A stretch of 54,567 nucleotides of DNA. Origin: an uncultured virus (IMG/VR IMGVR_UViG_3300012953_000018) (taxonomy: Duplodnaviria > Heunggongvirae > Uroviricota > Caudoviricetes). Below, piece after piece: positions 38,557 to 47,801 of the stretch; the first letter of the stretch is position 1; each line of letters opens with the position of its first letter. The position numbers were made by a program, and so were the translations under genes. The DNA is taken from the IMG/VR virus record IMGVR_UViG_3300012953_000018; one strand, 5' to 3'. The notes beneath the pieces are model-generated. The model ran no database searches. It saw nothing but the letters and a program-made list of their open reading frames with translations, and was not told where the DNA came from.

Positions 38557-40268
38557 TAATATTTAAAGAAGTAAGATACAAGAATTTACTATCATCGGGA
38601 AACAAATTTACTAAAATCCCTTTGAACTCGCATCAGACAACCTTAATCTTAGGAGAGAATGGTGCTGGTAAATCTACGATGTTGGATGCATTATGTTATG
38701 CATTGTATGGTCGTGGATTCCGTAATCTAAAGAAAGACCTTCTAGTAAATTCAGTCAATCAAAAAGAATTAGTAGTCGAACTTGATTTCACAATCGGTAA
38801 TAAAGACTACAAATTAATCCGTGGTACTAAACCAAATAAATTTGAAATTTGGTGTAATGATATTCTGATTAATCAGGATGCAAGTGTTAGGGATTATCAA
38901 GACCATCTAGAATCGAACATACTCAAAATGAGTTATCGTTCTTTTACTCAGGTGGCAATCCTAGGTTCAGCAAACTTTACTCCGTTCATGCAGCTTCGTG
39001 CAAAGGACAGAAGGAAGTTGGTAGAAGACCTTTTGGATATCACAATATTTACAACTATGATGCAGTTGTTGAGGAAACGAAAGTCTAACCATCAGTTAGA
39101 TATTAAAGAGAATCAACATGAGATTGCAATTCTTGAAGAAAGGATTAATGGTCTTAACAGCCAACTGGATGCACTTCGTGAAAATCGTGATGAAAAAATA
39201 TTGAAATTCGAATCGACCATTAGTCAAACTCAAACAAATATCGACAAACTATTAGGAGAGGTTGATGAAAAGACGAAAAATGTGGTGGAGAAAACACGAC
39301 TTATCGAGGATAAAGGTTCTACGGAAACTAGATTACAACAAACGGTTGAGTTGGAGAAACAACTCGAAGGAGCTCGAAAGAAAGCAATTGCAGATATTGA
39401 ATTCTACGAGAACAATGATAACTGTCCCACATGCAAACAAGGTTTAGATGAAGAGCACAAGAAGAAACATATTCAGGAAAAGACTGCAAAAGCAAATGAA
39501 ATCAAGGAGGCGGTTGCAACACTCGAAAGCCAAATCGGAGAATGCCATGACAGAATTGCAACCATCAATGGAATACAGTCTGAAATAGAAACTGTCCAAA
39601 GAGAGATTGGTTTATCACAGACAGAGATTGTTTCTAATCAAAAGTATATCGGAAAGTTACAGAAAGAGATTGAAGAATTAAATCTAGAACAAGAAGGTAA
39701 TACTGATGCACATGATCAAGTCGAAAAGGCTGAGGATGATTTGCATATATTGACTAAGAAGAAACAACATCTTGCTGACCATGGTCACTATCTAGAGATT
39801 GCAACATTACTTCTCAGAGACCAAGGTGTAAAAGAAAAAATCATCAAACAATATGTACCCATAATGAATAAACTAATTAACAAGTATCTTGCACAATTAG
39901 AATTCTATGTTGGGTTTGAACTAGACGAAAGTTTCGATGAGACTATCAAGTCTAGATTCAGGGATGTATTCAAGTATGAAAACTTCTCTCAAGGTGAAAA
40001 GATGAGAATCGACTTGGCACTTCTGTTTACATGGAGAGCTGTTGCAAGGATGAAGAACTCAGTGAACACTAATCTATTAGTATTGGATGAAGTGTTTGAT
40101 AGTTCACTAGATGCATCAGGTACAGATGAATTCATGAAGATGTTGAATACACTTACAGAGAAAACAAATGCATTCATTATATCTCACAAAGGAGACATAT
40201 TGTATGATAAATTTGAACAGGTTCTTAGGTTTGAGAAGTATAAAAACTTTTCAAGGATAGCAGAATAA
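38553..40268 (+). CDS. gp46: Recombination ATPase subunit gp46 (Rad50/SbcC-like)
   Basis: GENGAGKST, CPTC zinc hook, FSQGEKMRIDLA, LDEVFDSSLD, ISHK. Confidence 0.95.
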   Translation: MIIFKEVRYKNLLSSGNKFTKIPLNSHQTTLILGENGAGKSTMLDALCYALYGRGFRNLKKDLLVNSVNQKELVVELDFTIGNKDYKLIRGTKPNKFEIWCNDILINQDASVRDYQDHLESNILKMSYRSFTQVAILGSANFTPFMQLRAKDRRKLVEDLLDITIFTTMMQLLRKRKSNHQLDIKENQHEIAILEERINGLNSQLDALRENRDEKILKFESTISQTQTNIDKLLGEVDEKTKNVVEKTRLIEDKGSTETRLQQTVELEKQLEGARKKAIADIEFYENNDNCPTCKQGLDEEHKKKHIQEKTAKANEIKEAVATLESQIGECHDRIATINGIQSEIETVQREIGLSQTEIVSNQKYIGKLQKEIEELNLEQEGNTDAHDQVEKAEDDLHILTKKKQHLADHGHYLEIATLLLRDQGVKEKIIKQYVPIMNKLINKYLAQLEFYVGFELDESFDETIKSRFRDVFKYENFSQGEKMRIDLALLFTWRAVARMKNSVNTNLLVLDEVFDSSLDASGTDEFMKMLNTLTEKTNAFIISHKGDILYDKFEQVLRFEKYKNFSRIAE

Positions 40269-40276
40269 TATAAATA
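40269..40276 (+). promoter_or_regulatory. T4-type late promoter
   Basis: TATAAATA 5 nt upstream of the ATG at 40282. Confidence 0.7.
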
Positions 40277-40281
40277 GTATT

Positions 40282-41754
40282 ATGAAAAGCTTTGCAGAAG
40301 TCACAGGAAACAAAATCGTATATAGAAAACCTTCTCTATCAGAAGCTTCTATTCTTAAACCTGATTATGTTATAGGGCATAAGTTCTTATATAAAGGTGG
40401 AATAAAAGAGTTCGACAACGAAGGATTCAAACACGGTGATGTATTTACTGCAGTCAAACCTACTAAGAATGCAATCTTTATCGGTGATGAAGAAGGTGCA
40501 AATGAAAAATGGTTAGAGAGTGGTAAAAAAACCTTCCATATAAAAGGTGGTGCTGGATATAAATCTGCATACTTTAATCATGTAAGAGAAGGTGGTGATG
40601 TTCCAAGTGGAGCTCAGTGGGAAGAACTTATCATCTATGAGTACAATAAACTCAACAAACAAAAGAATGATGCAGACACAATTAAAACTGCAGAATCATT
40701 TCCCTTACATTTGGACATGGCAAAGTCTATTGCAAAAAACTTCAATACAAAACTCAAAGAGAATCAATTAGTATCTACTGGTAGGGGTGGTCTTAATAAT
40801 CCTATATCAAAAATCTACAAAGAAAGTGGTGCAAGTAATACTACACCTAAAACAGATATCGCTGGTTCAACTTTCAAAGAAAAAATATCACTTAAGAAAG
40901 AAGGTGGTTCACAACTTATGTCGGGTGCAAGAGGTGAAGCCATTGCAACTGTAAGAGCTGCACTTGAACAGATGGGTGAAAATAAAAACTTTGCAAAAGG
41001 ATTGACTAAGGCAATGGAAGACAAAATGGATTCATTGATGACAGTTGAAACTGTTACATCTTTGAACAAGAGAGCTAAAGCTGGAGAGACAGATGATGCT
41101 CTAATAGACTTCCAAAAGAAAGATAAAGACAACAGAGAATTATCTGCAATCTTAGAATCATATCTAAACACTAATTCAAAAGTCAATGAACTATTCTCAC
41201 AGAATGTGGTATTAGAAGCATCAACTGGTAATGTTAAATTCAGTGAAGGAAAAGCAGCTGCAAATCTTTTAGGTAAGTTTGATGTTAAGAATGGTGCAGT
41301 TGTAGTTGAACCTATCACATCCATCAACGATGGTATCATCAAGAAGTATGCAAGTCAGATTAAACCTTATGTTGCATTTAAGAAAGGTGGTGGTAACTCA
41401 CCCGCTTATTCTGCAATGAGAATAAGTCTTAAAGAGAACTATGGTATAGACGATGTTAGAACTATACTATTAAACGAATTACAAGAACTGGATGGGTATC
41501 AATCATTACTTACAGAAGATTTCTTAGATGAAGGATTCTTCCAAATGGTAAACAAGGCTGCAAACTGGTCAAAAGAATTAGGTAGAAATGTTTGGAACAA
41601 ATTCCAAAAGGTATTAAAGAAAGTCATGGAAGCAGTGAAGAAACAATTGAAGAAGATTGCAAACATGGGTAAGAAAATGTTTGAAGCTGTAATGGCCTTC
41701 TTTAATGTTGAGATAAGTAATACTAGAGGAATAGTAACCGATATAAGTTTATAA
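40282..41754 (+). CDS. Hypothetical late protein (possibly head-packaged, possible PD-(D/E)xK-like core)
   Basis: Lys-rich 490 aa. TPKTDI...ISLKK pattern, N-terminal MKSF..LSE and internal L.E motifs. Confidence 0.55.
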   Translation: MKSFAEVTGNKIVYRKPSLSEASILKPDYVIGHKFLYKGGIKEFDNEGFKHGDVFTAVKPTKNAIFIGDEEGANEKWLESGKKTFHIKGGAGYKSAYFNHVREGGDVPSGAQWEELIIYEYNKLNKQKNDADTIKTAESFPLHLDMAKSIAKNFNTKLKENQLVSTGRGGLNNPISKIYKESGASNTTPKTDIAGSTFKEKISLKKEGGSQLMSGARGEAIATVRAALEQMGENKNFAKGLTKAMEDKMDSLMTVETVTSLNKRAKAGETDDALIDFQKKDKDNRELSAILESYLNTNSKVNELFSQNVVLEASTGNVKFSEGKAAANLLGKFDVKNGAVVVEPITSINDGIIKKYASQIKPYVAFKKGGGNSPAYSAMRISLKENYGIDDVRTILLNELQELDGYQSLLTEDFLDEGFFQMVNKAANWSKELGRNVWNKFQKVLKKVMEAVKKQLKKIANMGKKMFEAVMAFFNVEISNTRGIVTDISL

Positions 41755-41755
41755 T

Positions 41756-42370
41756 ATGTATGAATTAGTTGAAGAGGCCACCAAGGTCTTAAGAGAACCG
41801 ACAAGTCATTTTGATTTTGAAAATCCACCTGAATGTCCTAAAGAGATTGAAAAGAATTTAAGTCAAGCCATGGAACGGTTTGGTGGCATAGGTTTATCTG
41901 CAAATCAATTAGGATTAGATTACAGAGTGTTTGTAATGAGGACTGCAGATAGTGGTATCAAAGCATTCTTCAATCCCGAAGTAACCAAGTTATCCCAAGA
42001 GACAGAAATGATGAAAGAAGGTTGCCTTTCTTTCCCCGATATATACTTAATGATAAAAAGACCAAAAGCCATAGAGTTTGAATACTCAGACTCAGAAGGT
42101 GAAAGGCATACATTACAATTGGAAGGAATAGGTTCTAGATGTGTCCAACATGAGTTAGACCATTTGAACGGAATCATATTCCTACAAAGAGCTTCTAGGT
42201 TTAAAATAGAAAGAGCTTTAAAAGCAAGACCTAAAGAAAGAAGAAAGAGATTAGATTATGAGCAAAGAATGGAAATTGCTAGACAACTCCAAAGTCTTCA
42301 ATCACAAAGTGATTCCGATACTGACGAAGGAAGAGTGCAAGAACCTGATAGGGTGGCATCAGAGTCATAA
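41756..42370 (+). CDS. def: Peptide deformylase
   Basis: GIGLSANQLG, EGCLS, QHELDHLNG. Confidence 0.95.
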   Translation: MYELVEEATKVLREPTSHFDFENPPECPKEIEKNLSQAMERFGGIGLSANQLGLDYRVFVMRTADSGIKAFFNPEVTKLSQETEMMKEGCLSFPDIYLMIKRPKAIEFEYSDSEGERHTLQLEGIGSRCVQHELDHLNGIIFLQRASRFKIERALKARPKERRKRLDYEQRMEIARQLQSLQSQSDSDTDEGRVQEPDRVASES

Positions 42371-43007
42371 ACATTTAATATCCGTAGGGTCAGGAAAAGA
42401 CTATCTCGGTATCAGGAAAATGCACATTTCGAATGAATACATTCGGTTGTTATTTCAAAAAGTAGAAACACACTGCACTGCAGAAATTTATAAGGCAACA
42501 GGCAAAGTCTTTTATCCTGAAATGTCTACTATGACTGAATGGCCCATCGGTGGAATCCAAGAACCACATTTAGATACATACTCAAACCAAGAACATGAAG
42601 ACCCTGATTTCGATGAAGAAGAGCGTAAGAAATCACCTAGACGAGAATGGACAGTTATAGTATACTTGAACAATAACTACACAGGTGGTGAGACTTATTT
42701 CCCACCAAGTGATTACTACCCATTCGGAACTCAGATAGAAAAGGAAATTGGTGATGGATTATTATTCCAAGGTATACATCATCCACATGGAGTATTCAAA
42801 GTTAGAAGAGCTCCAAGACATACACTTGCAATATGGTTCTCAGAAGATATGGATAATGCAATGACTCAAAGACCAATTCAAAATGTCGATCACAATGAGA
42901 ATTCAATAAGGAAAGAACTACAATATCGTGTAGATGATGTCCTATTCACAGAAAAAAGACTAGAAGGCCCTGACTGGGTCAACTGGAAACAACAAGCAAA
43001 GTCTTAA
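42258..43007 (+). CDS. 2OG-Fe(II) oxygenase (prolyl 4-hydroxylase-like)
   Basis: PHLD, VYLNNNYTGGETYF, HPHGV..V....RHTLAIWF. The start may be further downstream. Confidence 0.8.
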   Translation: MSKEWKLLDNSKVFNHKVIPILTKEECKNLIGWHQSHKHLISVGSGKDYLGIRKMHISNEYIRLLFQKVETHCTAEIYKATGKVFYPEMSTMTEWPIGGIQEPHLDTYSNQEHEDPDFDEEERKKSPRREWTVIVYLNNNYTGGETYFPPSDYYPFGTQIEKEIGDGLLFQGIHHPHGVFKVRRAPRHTLAIWFSEDMDNAMTQRPIQNVDHNENSIRKELQYRVDDVLFTEKRLEGPDWVNWKQQAKS

Positions 43008-43015
43008 ACCCTTCC

Positions 43016-43092
43016 CTCCCAATAGTTCAACTGGATAGAACAACGGCCTTCTAAGCCGTAGGTTGTAGGTTCGAATCCTACTTGGGAGGCCA
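43016..43092 (+). tRNA. tRNA-Arg (anticodon UCU)
   Basis: Acceptor stem CTCCCAA/TTGGGAG, D arm GTTC/GAAC, anticodon arm ACGGC-CTTCTAA-GCCGT, T arm GTAGG-TTCGAAT-CCTAC, encoded CCA. Confidence 0.95.
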
Positions 43093-43097
43093 AATCA

Positions 43098-43131
43098 GGC
43101 CTTGACAATGACCCAGCATTCGTGTTAGCAT
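43098..43131 (+). promoter_or_regulatory. Early sigma70-type promoter (copy 1)
   Basis: GGCCTTGACAATGAC; TTGACA-18 nt-TAGCAT. Confidence 0.55.
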
Positions 43132-43261
43132 ATATGCATGATGTGTTTTAAAGGTTATGACCCTTTAGTAATAGGGGGTCTCAATCGGATGCTCGGAGTA
43201 TGCAAACCCTACTGCCCTGACCTTACCTCATCCCAAGCCCCTGTATTTAAAGGGTAAATCA

Positions 43262-43295
43262 GGCCTTGACTATGACTTCGGCTTTTTAGTATAAT
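43262..43295 (+). promoter_or_regulatory. Early sigma70-type promoter (copy 2)
   Basis: GGCCTTGACTATGAC; TTGACT-18 nt-TATAAT, with an ATG 7 nt downstream. Confidence 0.75.
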
Positions 43296-43301
43296 ATAAA
43301 C

Positions 43302-45713
43302 ATGACTGAGAGATTACAAAACCAAAAAGACAACCTTGCAAGATTGATGGCAGGGGAAAATCTTACTGTTGTGCATAGGAAAACTCCTACTGCATACTTT
43401 GACCTAAAGAACAGGTTACTATGTTGCCCTATTTTCAAGGAAGACATTTCACCTGAACTTTATGACCTATTCATGGGTCACGAAGTTGGTCATGCATTAT
43501 GGACTCCATATGAAGGTGTTCACTCTGCTGTAACTAAGAACAAAACTCTCAAAGGATATCTCAATGTTATTGAGGATGTCAGGATTGAGAAAAATATCAG
43601 AAACAAATATCAAGGATTGAGAAGGTCTTTCTTCACTGCATATAATGAGTTGATGGAAATGGACTTCTTTGGTGTTAAAGATAAGAACCTTCAAGAACTT
43701 TCTTTGATTGACAAAATCAACCTAGTCACTAAGTGTGGTTCTAGGATTGCAATTCAGTTTACTAAAGAAGAACAATTCTTTCTTGATTGGGCTAACAAGT
43801 GTGAGTCTTGGGAAGAAGTCGAAGAATGTGCAACTGCAATCTACGAATGGTCTAAAGATAACGAAACAAGAACTGAGACTGATGAACAATTAGTTCCTCA
43901 AATGTTTGACATCGGTGACGATGAAGAAGATGAGGACGGTGAAGAAGAACAACAAGAAGGTGAATCTTGGGAAGATTCATACGATGATTCTGATGAAGAA
44001 GAGCAAGAAGACAATCTTCCTGAAGCTCCTTCAACTGGTGAAGGTGATGAAGAAACCGAAGAATCAGAAGAAGAAGGTGAAGAGGAAGAATCAGAACAAG
44101 GTGAGGAAAGAAAACAAACTGGTGGTTCAGGTATCAATGAAGGTGCTTCTCCCGACCAGTATGATGATGAAGACGGTGCAAGAGAGTCTATTACAGAACA
44201 CAATGCACATAACAATGAAGAACAATTCATTTCTGACACTAACATGGTCAGGACTCAAATTGATCTAAAAACAACTGACTTCGAACAGTATTGTAAAGAT
44301 GTTCACTACGGTTACAAACTTGTCCTAGAAGATTGGAGAGAGTATTACACAAACCCTGATTCTCATGCAGTAAAATATTACTCTGAGAGAATCGACATGA
44401 ACAAGAAGATGGCAGCTCATTCTGCAAAGAAAATTGAGACTAAGAACAAAGCCATCGTCAATCACATGGCAAAAGAATTTGAAATGAGACAAACTGCAAT
44501 GTCTTCCAAGTATGCATTTACTGGTAAGACTGGTAAGTTGGATATGAACAGACTTGCAAAGTATCAGATTGTCGATGATGTTTTCAAAAGAGTTACTTAC
44601 ATGCCTGATGGTAAAAACCATGGTGTCAACATTTTGATTGACTGGAGTGGTTCCATCTGCAATGAGGTGAGAGACTTACTAGAACAAGCAGTTATCCTAA
44701 CTCAGTTCTGCAGAAAAGTTTCAATCCCTCACAGAGTTTATCTCTTCTCAGACAACATCAAAAAGAATGCAGCTGTTGATTCTGAGCAAGACTACTGGAG
44801 AAACAGAGAAGGACACTTGGTTGAGATTTTCTCAAACGAAATGACCAACAAAGAATACAAAGAAATGTCTGAGTATGTCATGACACTTTGGAACAACTAC
44901 TTTGTCGAAAGTATCAAGTATGGTAGAAGACATTTTGAAAAGGGTCTTAACTCTTACAATGAGTGGTTCCAAGGTCTTCACTACATCGACCCTAATCAAG
45001 GTGGATGGATTGAAGTTCCTGATGTGATGTACCCTGAAAACAAATACAGACTTGGTGGTACTCCACTGGATGCTACACTGGTTGCAATGAGAGGATTACT
45101 TCCTAAGTTCAACAAAGCTTACGGGATTGAGAAATCAATCATGACTGTAATCACGGATGGTTACTCTCACTCAGCTAACATTCTTGATATGACTGAAGCT
45201 GAAAGAGAAGACCAAAAAGAGCAGATGGGTGATGAGTGGAGAACTAAAAAAGAGAGAGACTTGATTGACCCTATCAATGGAAGAGTCTACCCTTATGCAG
45301 AAGCTGATGAAGGTTACTACAGAAATGATTTCAAACAGACTCAGAATCTTTTAGACTGGGTATCAAGAACTACTGGTGTGACTGTTACAGGTTACTTTGT
45401 TTTGAGTAAGAAATCAGACATGGTCGATTTACTTGGGAACCTCAAACACGAAACTGCAACTGGTTACCAGTATGAGAAACAAGGTGAAATGTGGAGAGAG
45501 GCAAGAAAAGAAGGTGTTGTAATTCAGACTCATGGATACAACAAACTATTCTTGACCGCTGCATCAAACCTCGGAACTGAGGGTGAAGAAACTTTGGATG
45601 ATGATCTAATCGGTGCAAAGAAATCTACACTGACTGCAAGGTTCAAGAAGAATCAAAGAAGTAAATCAACTTCAAGGTTCTTAACTAATGAGTTTATAAA
45701 GGAGATAGCATAA
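43302..45713 (+). CDS. CobT-like protein: HExxH metallopeptidase-like domain, acidic linker, vWA domain
   Basis: HEVGH, NVIEDVRIE, long Glu/Asp tract, TGKLDM, MIDAS DWSGS, GGTPL, ITDG. Confidence 0.8.
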   Translation: MTERLQNQKDNLARLMAGENLTVVHRKTPTAYFDLKNRLLCCPIFKEDISPELYDLFMGHEVGHALWTPYEGVHSAVTKNKTLKGYLNVIEDVRIEKNIRNKYQGLRRSFFTAYNELMEMDFFGVKDKNLQELSLIDKINLVTKCGSRIAIQFTKEEQFFLDWANKCESWEEVEECATAIYEWSKDNETRTETDEQLVPQMFDIGDDEEDEDGEEEQQEGESWEDSYDDSDEEEQEDNLPEAPSTGEGDEETEESEEEGEEEESEQGEERKQTGGSGINEGASPDQYDDEDGARESITEHNAHNNEEQFISDTNMVRTQIDLKTTDFEQYCKDVHYGYKLVLEDWREYYTNPDSHAVKYYSERIDMNKKMAAHSAKKIETKNKAIVNHMAKEFEMRQTAMSSKYAFTGKTGKLDMNRLAKYQIVDDVFKRVTYMPDGKNHGVNILIDWSGSICNEVRDLLEQAVILTQFCRKVSIPHRVYLFSDNIKKNAAVDSEQDYWRNREGHLVEIFSNEMTNKEYKEMSEYVMTLWNNYFVESIKYGRRHFEKGLNSYNEWFQGLHYIDPNQGGWIEVPDVMYPENKYRLGGTPLDATLVAMRGLLPKFNKAYGIEKSIMTVITDGYSHSANILDMTEAEREDQKEQMGDEWRTKKERDLIDPINGRVYPYAEADEGYYRNDFKQTQNLLDWVSRTTGVTVTGYFVLSKKSDMVDLLGNLKHETATGYQYEKQGEMWREARKEGVVIQTHGYNKLFLTAASNLGTEGEETLDDDLIGAKKSTLTARFKKNQRSKSTSRFLTNEFIKEIA

Positions 45714-45907
45714 TGGCTGAAATAAAAGTAAACGAAGATACTTTTGATGTCGAAGAATTCTTTTGGGTTCTAGACAGCATCAGGGAATCGGGAAGAATGA
45801 ATATGTTTGGGGCTCCCAAATGGTTAGAAGAAAACATGGACTTGTCTAAGGCACAAGCAAAGCAAGTGTTCATGGCATGGACGGAGACTTTCAATGCCAC
45901 ATCTTAG
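45713..45907 (+). CDS. Small conserved phage protein
   Basis: F..LD.IRESG.MNMFGAPKWL motif. AGGAG RBS. Confidence 0.65.
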   Translation: MAEIKVNEDTFDVEEFFWVLDSIRESGRMNMFGAPKWLEENMDLSKAQAKQVFMAWTETFNATS

Positions 45908-46163
45908 AGTTGACCCAGCGTATTACGAGAGGATTCCAACACATGATCTCAGCAAGTTCGCTGACGCAATCAATGATGTTGGGCCTGCCCCATGCACTTT
46001 TCACAACTGTGAAAGAATTGAAAAGTGTGCAAGTGAAGAAGTTGAATGTTTTGCTTTCAGAGCATGGGTCAATAACGGTGAGAAGTATTTGACTCAAAAG
46101 AATGCAAAAGGTGAGATAAAATGTCTCAATAAGATAGGAAGGTTACTTGAACCCCTTAAGTAA
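45894..46163 (+). CDS. Hypothetical Cys-rich protein (possible metal binding)
   Basis: PCTFHNCERIEKCASEEVECFAF (Cx4Cx5Cx6C). Confidence 0.55.
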   Translation: MPHLRVDPAYYERIPTHDLSKFADAINDVGPAPCTFHNCERIEKCASEEVECFAFRAWVNNGEKYLTQKNAKGEIKCLNKIGRLLEPLK

Positions 46164-46175
46164 CAGTGGCTTATG

Positions 46176-46209
46176 GGCCTTGACAATGCCCCTGGCTTTT
46201 TGAGATAAT
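46176..46209 (+). promoter_or_regulatory. Early sigma70-type promoter (copy 3)
   Basis: GGCCTTGACAATGCC; TTGACA-18 nt-GATAAT, upstream of the cobS-like gene. Confidence 0.65.
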
Positions 46210-46240
46210 ATAGGTATAGATTGATGAATAAGGAGACTTT

Positions 46241-47491
46241 ATGGAAAAATCAGTAACAGTAAATGGTAAAGACTTTGCCATTACTCCCGATAAGGGTGAG
46301 GTGTTGGATACCCTCATTAAATCGTATCCAAATCAGACTGCCTTTTCTAGGGCAGAAATCAAAGAGGCACTAGATGGATATCTTCCATACTGGATTAAAT
46401 CCTCTAGGTTCCCGTTCAAAGAGAAGAATCCCGAAGGTGGGGTTATCTTCAACCTTGAACAGGTTATCACTGGATACAACGGTGGGTATTCCCACGGTGG
46501 TGAAACTCCAGTGAAGGTGGCACCAGTTCCAGCAGCTGTTCCTTCGAACATGCCTGTTGCAGCTGCAACTGCTTCAGTTAATCTCTTGGACGATGGTGTC
46601 AAAATCATTCCTGAGAAGATGTCAAACTATGTACCGTTTGGTCACTTCAAAGATGTCAAGAACATTATCAAGTCTAAAATTTTCTTCCCAGTTTTTGTAA
46701 CTGGTCTTTCAGGAAATGGTAAGACTCTGATGATTGAACAAACTTGTGCTCAATTGAAGAGAGAACTTTACAGGGTCAACATCACCATCGAAACTGATGA
46801 AGATGATTTGATGGGTGGACATTCTCTTGAGGGTGGAAACATCGTGTTCAGGGAAGGCCCTGTTATCAAAGCAATGAGGAAAGGAGCAGTCCTTCTTCTT
46901 GATGAAGTTGACTTGGGTTCAAACAAGTTGATGTGTCTTCAATCAGTTCTTGAAGGTAAAGGTTACCTAATCAAGAAAACTGGTGAGTGGGTGACTCCTA
47001 AAGAAGGGTTCACTATTCTTGCTACTGCAAACACTAAAGGACAAGGTTCCGAAGATGGTAAGTTCATTGGAACTCAAATCATGAACGAAGCCATGTTGGA
47101 AAGGTTTGCAATCACAATGCAACAAGAATATCCTCCAGTGAAAACTGAGAGAAGCATTCTTGCTAAAGAAATGGGTTTGACTGGTGATATCGACCAAGAC
47201 TTCTGTGACAAACTTGTTGACTGGGCTGATATAATCAGGAAGACTTACTACGAAGGTGGTATCGATGATGTCGTTACTACTAGAAGGTTGGTTCACATCG
47301 TGAATGCTTACAGAATGTTTGGTGACAAACTCAAGTCAATCACAATGTGTATTTCAAGATTCGATGAGGAAACAAGGAATTCTATCCTTGACCTCTACAC
47401 CAAAGTGGACGAAGGTGTCCACTTGGGTGAGGAATCAGAAGGTTCAGAAGAATCTTCTGAAAACCCTGTTGACGATTCAGACTACTCATAG
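46241..47491 (+). CDS. cobS: CobS-like/MoxR AAA+ ATPase
   Basis: GLSGNGKT, ETDEDDL.GG, LLLDEVD, ATANTKG.G..DG.F, NEA.LERF, TRRLVHI. Confidence 0.85.
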   Translation: MEKSVTVNGKDFAITPDKGEVLDTLIKSYPNQTAFSRAEIKEALDGYLPYWIKSSRFPFKEKNPEGGVIFNLEQVITGYNGGYSHGGETPVKVAPVPAAVPSNMPVAAATASVNLLDDGVKIIPEKMSNYVPFGHFKDVKNIIKSKIFFPVFVTGLSGNGKTLMIEQTCAQLKRELYRVNITIETDEDDLMGGHSLEGGNIVFREGPVIKAMRKGAVLLLDEVDLGSNKLMCLQSVLEGKGYLIKKTGEWVTPKEGFTILATANTKGQGSEDGKFIGTQIMNEAMLERFAITMQQEYPPVKTERSILAKEMGLTGDIDQDFCDKLVDWADIIRKTYYEGGIDDVVTTRRLVHIVNAYRMFGDKLKSITMCISRFDEETRNSILDLYTKVDEGVHLGEESEGSEESSENPVDDSDYS

Positions 47492-47497
47492 TAAAAT
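47469..47497 (+). promoter_or_regulatory. Sigma70-type promoter
   Basis: TTGACG-17 nt-TAAAAT, upstream of the ATG at 47505. Confidence 0.55.
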
Positions 47498-47504
47498 AGT
47501 AGGT

Positions 47505-47801
47505 ATGTCAGAAATCAATTACAAATATAATGAAGAGGAGCTCCTAAAGGAGTTCTCTTCTTATGTTGACAACACATATGATCTACACTATTCCAAAGAT
47601 AAGTTTCAGGCAACTGAGTTTATTATGGATGGTGGACACGGAGAGGGATTCTGTATTGGAAACATTCTTAAGTATGCCCAAAGGTATGGTAAGAAGGATG
47701 GTTACAATCGTGCTGACTTGTTTAAAGTTATTCACTACGGGTTCCTTGCTTTATATAATCACGACACACACATAAAGGAGGCTGGAAGTGATGAAAATTA
47801 G
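47505..47801 (+). CDS. DUF3310-like protein
   Basis: YKYNE, TY..HYS, GHGEGFCIGNILKYAQRYGKKDG. Confidence 0.75.
   Translation: MSEINYKYNEEELLKEFSSYVDNTYDLHYSKDKFQATEFIMDGGHGEGFCIGNILKYAQRYGKKDGYNRADLFKVIHYGFLALYNHDTHIKEAGSDEN

Noticed and set aside
43016..43110. tRNA as a prophage attachment site
   Set aside because: No integrase, no duplicated tRNA 3' end and no host genes. Phage genes continue on both sides.
47304..47504. N-terminal extension of the DUF3310-like ORF
   Set aside because: It overlaps cobS out of frame. The promoter and conserved sequence indicate a start at 47505.
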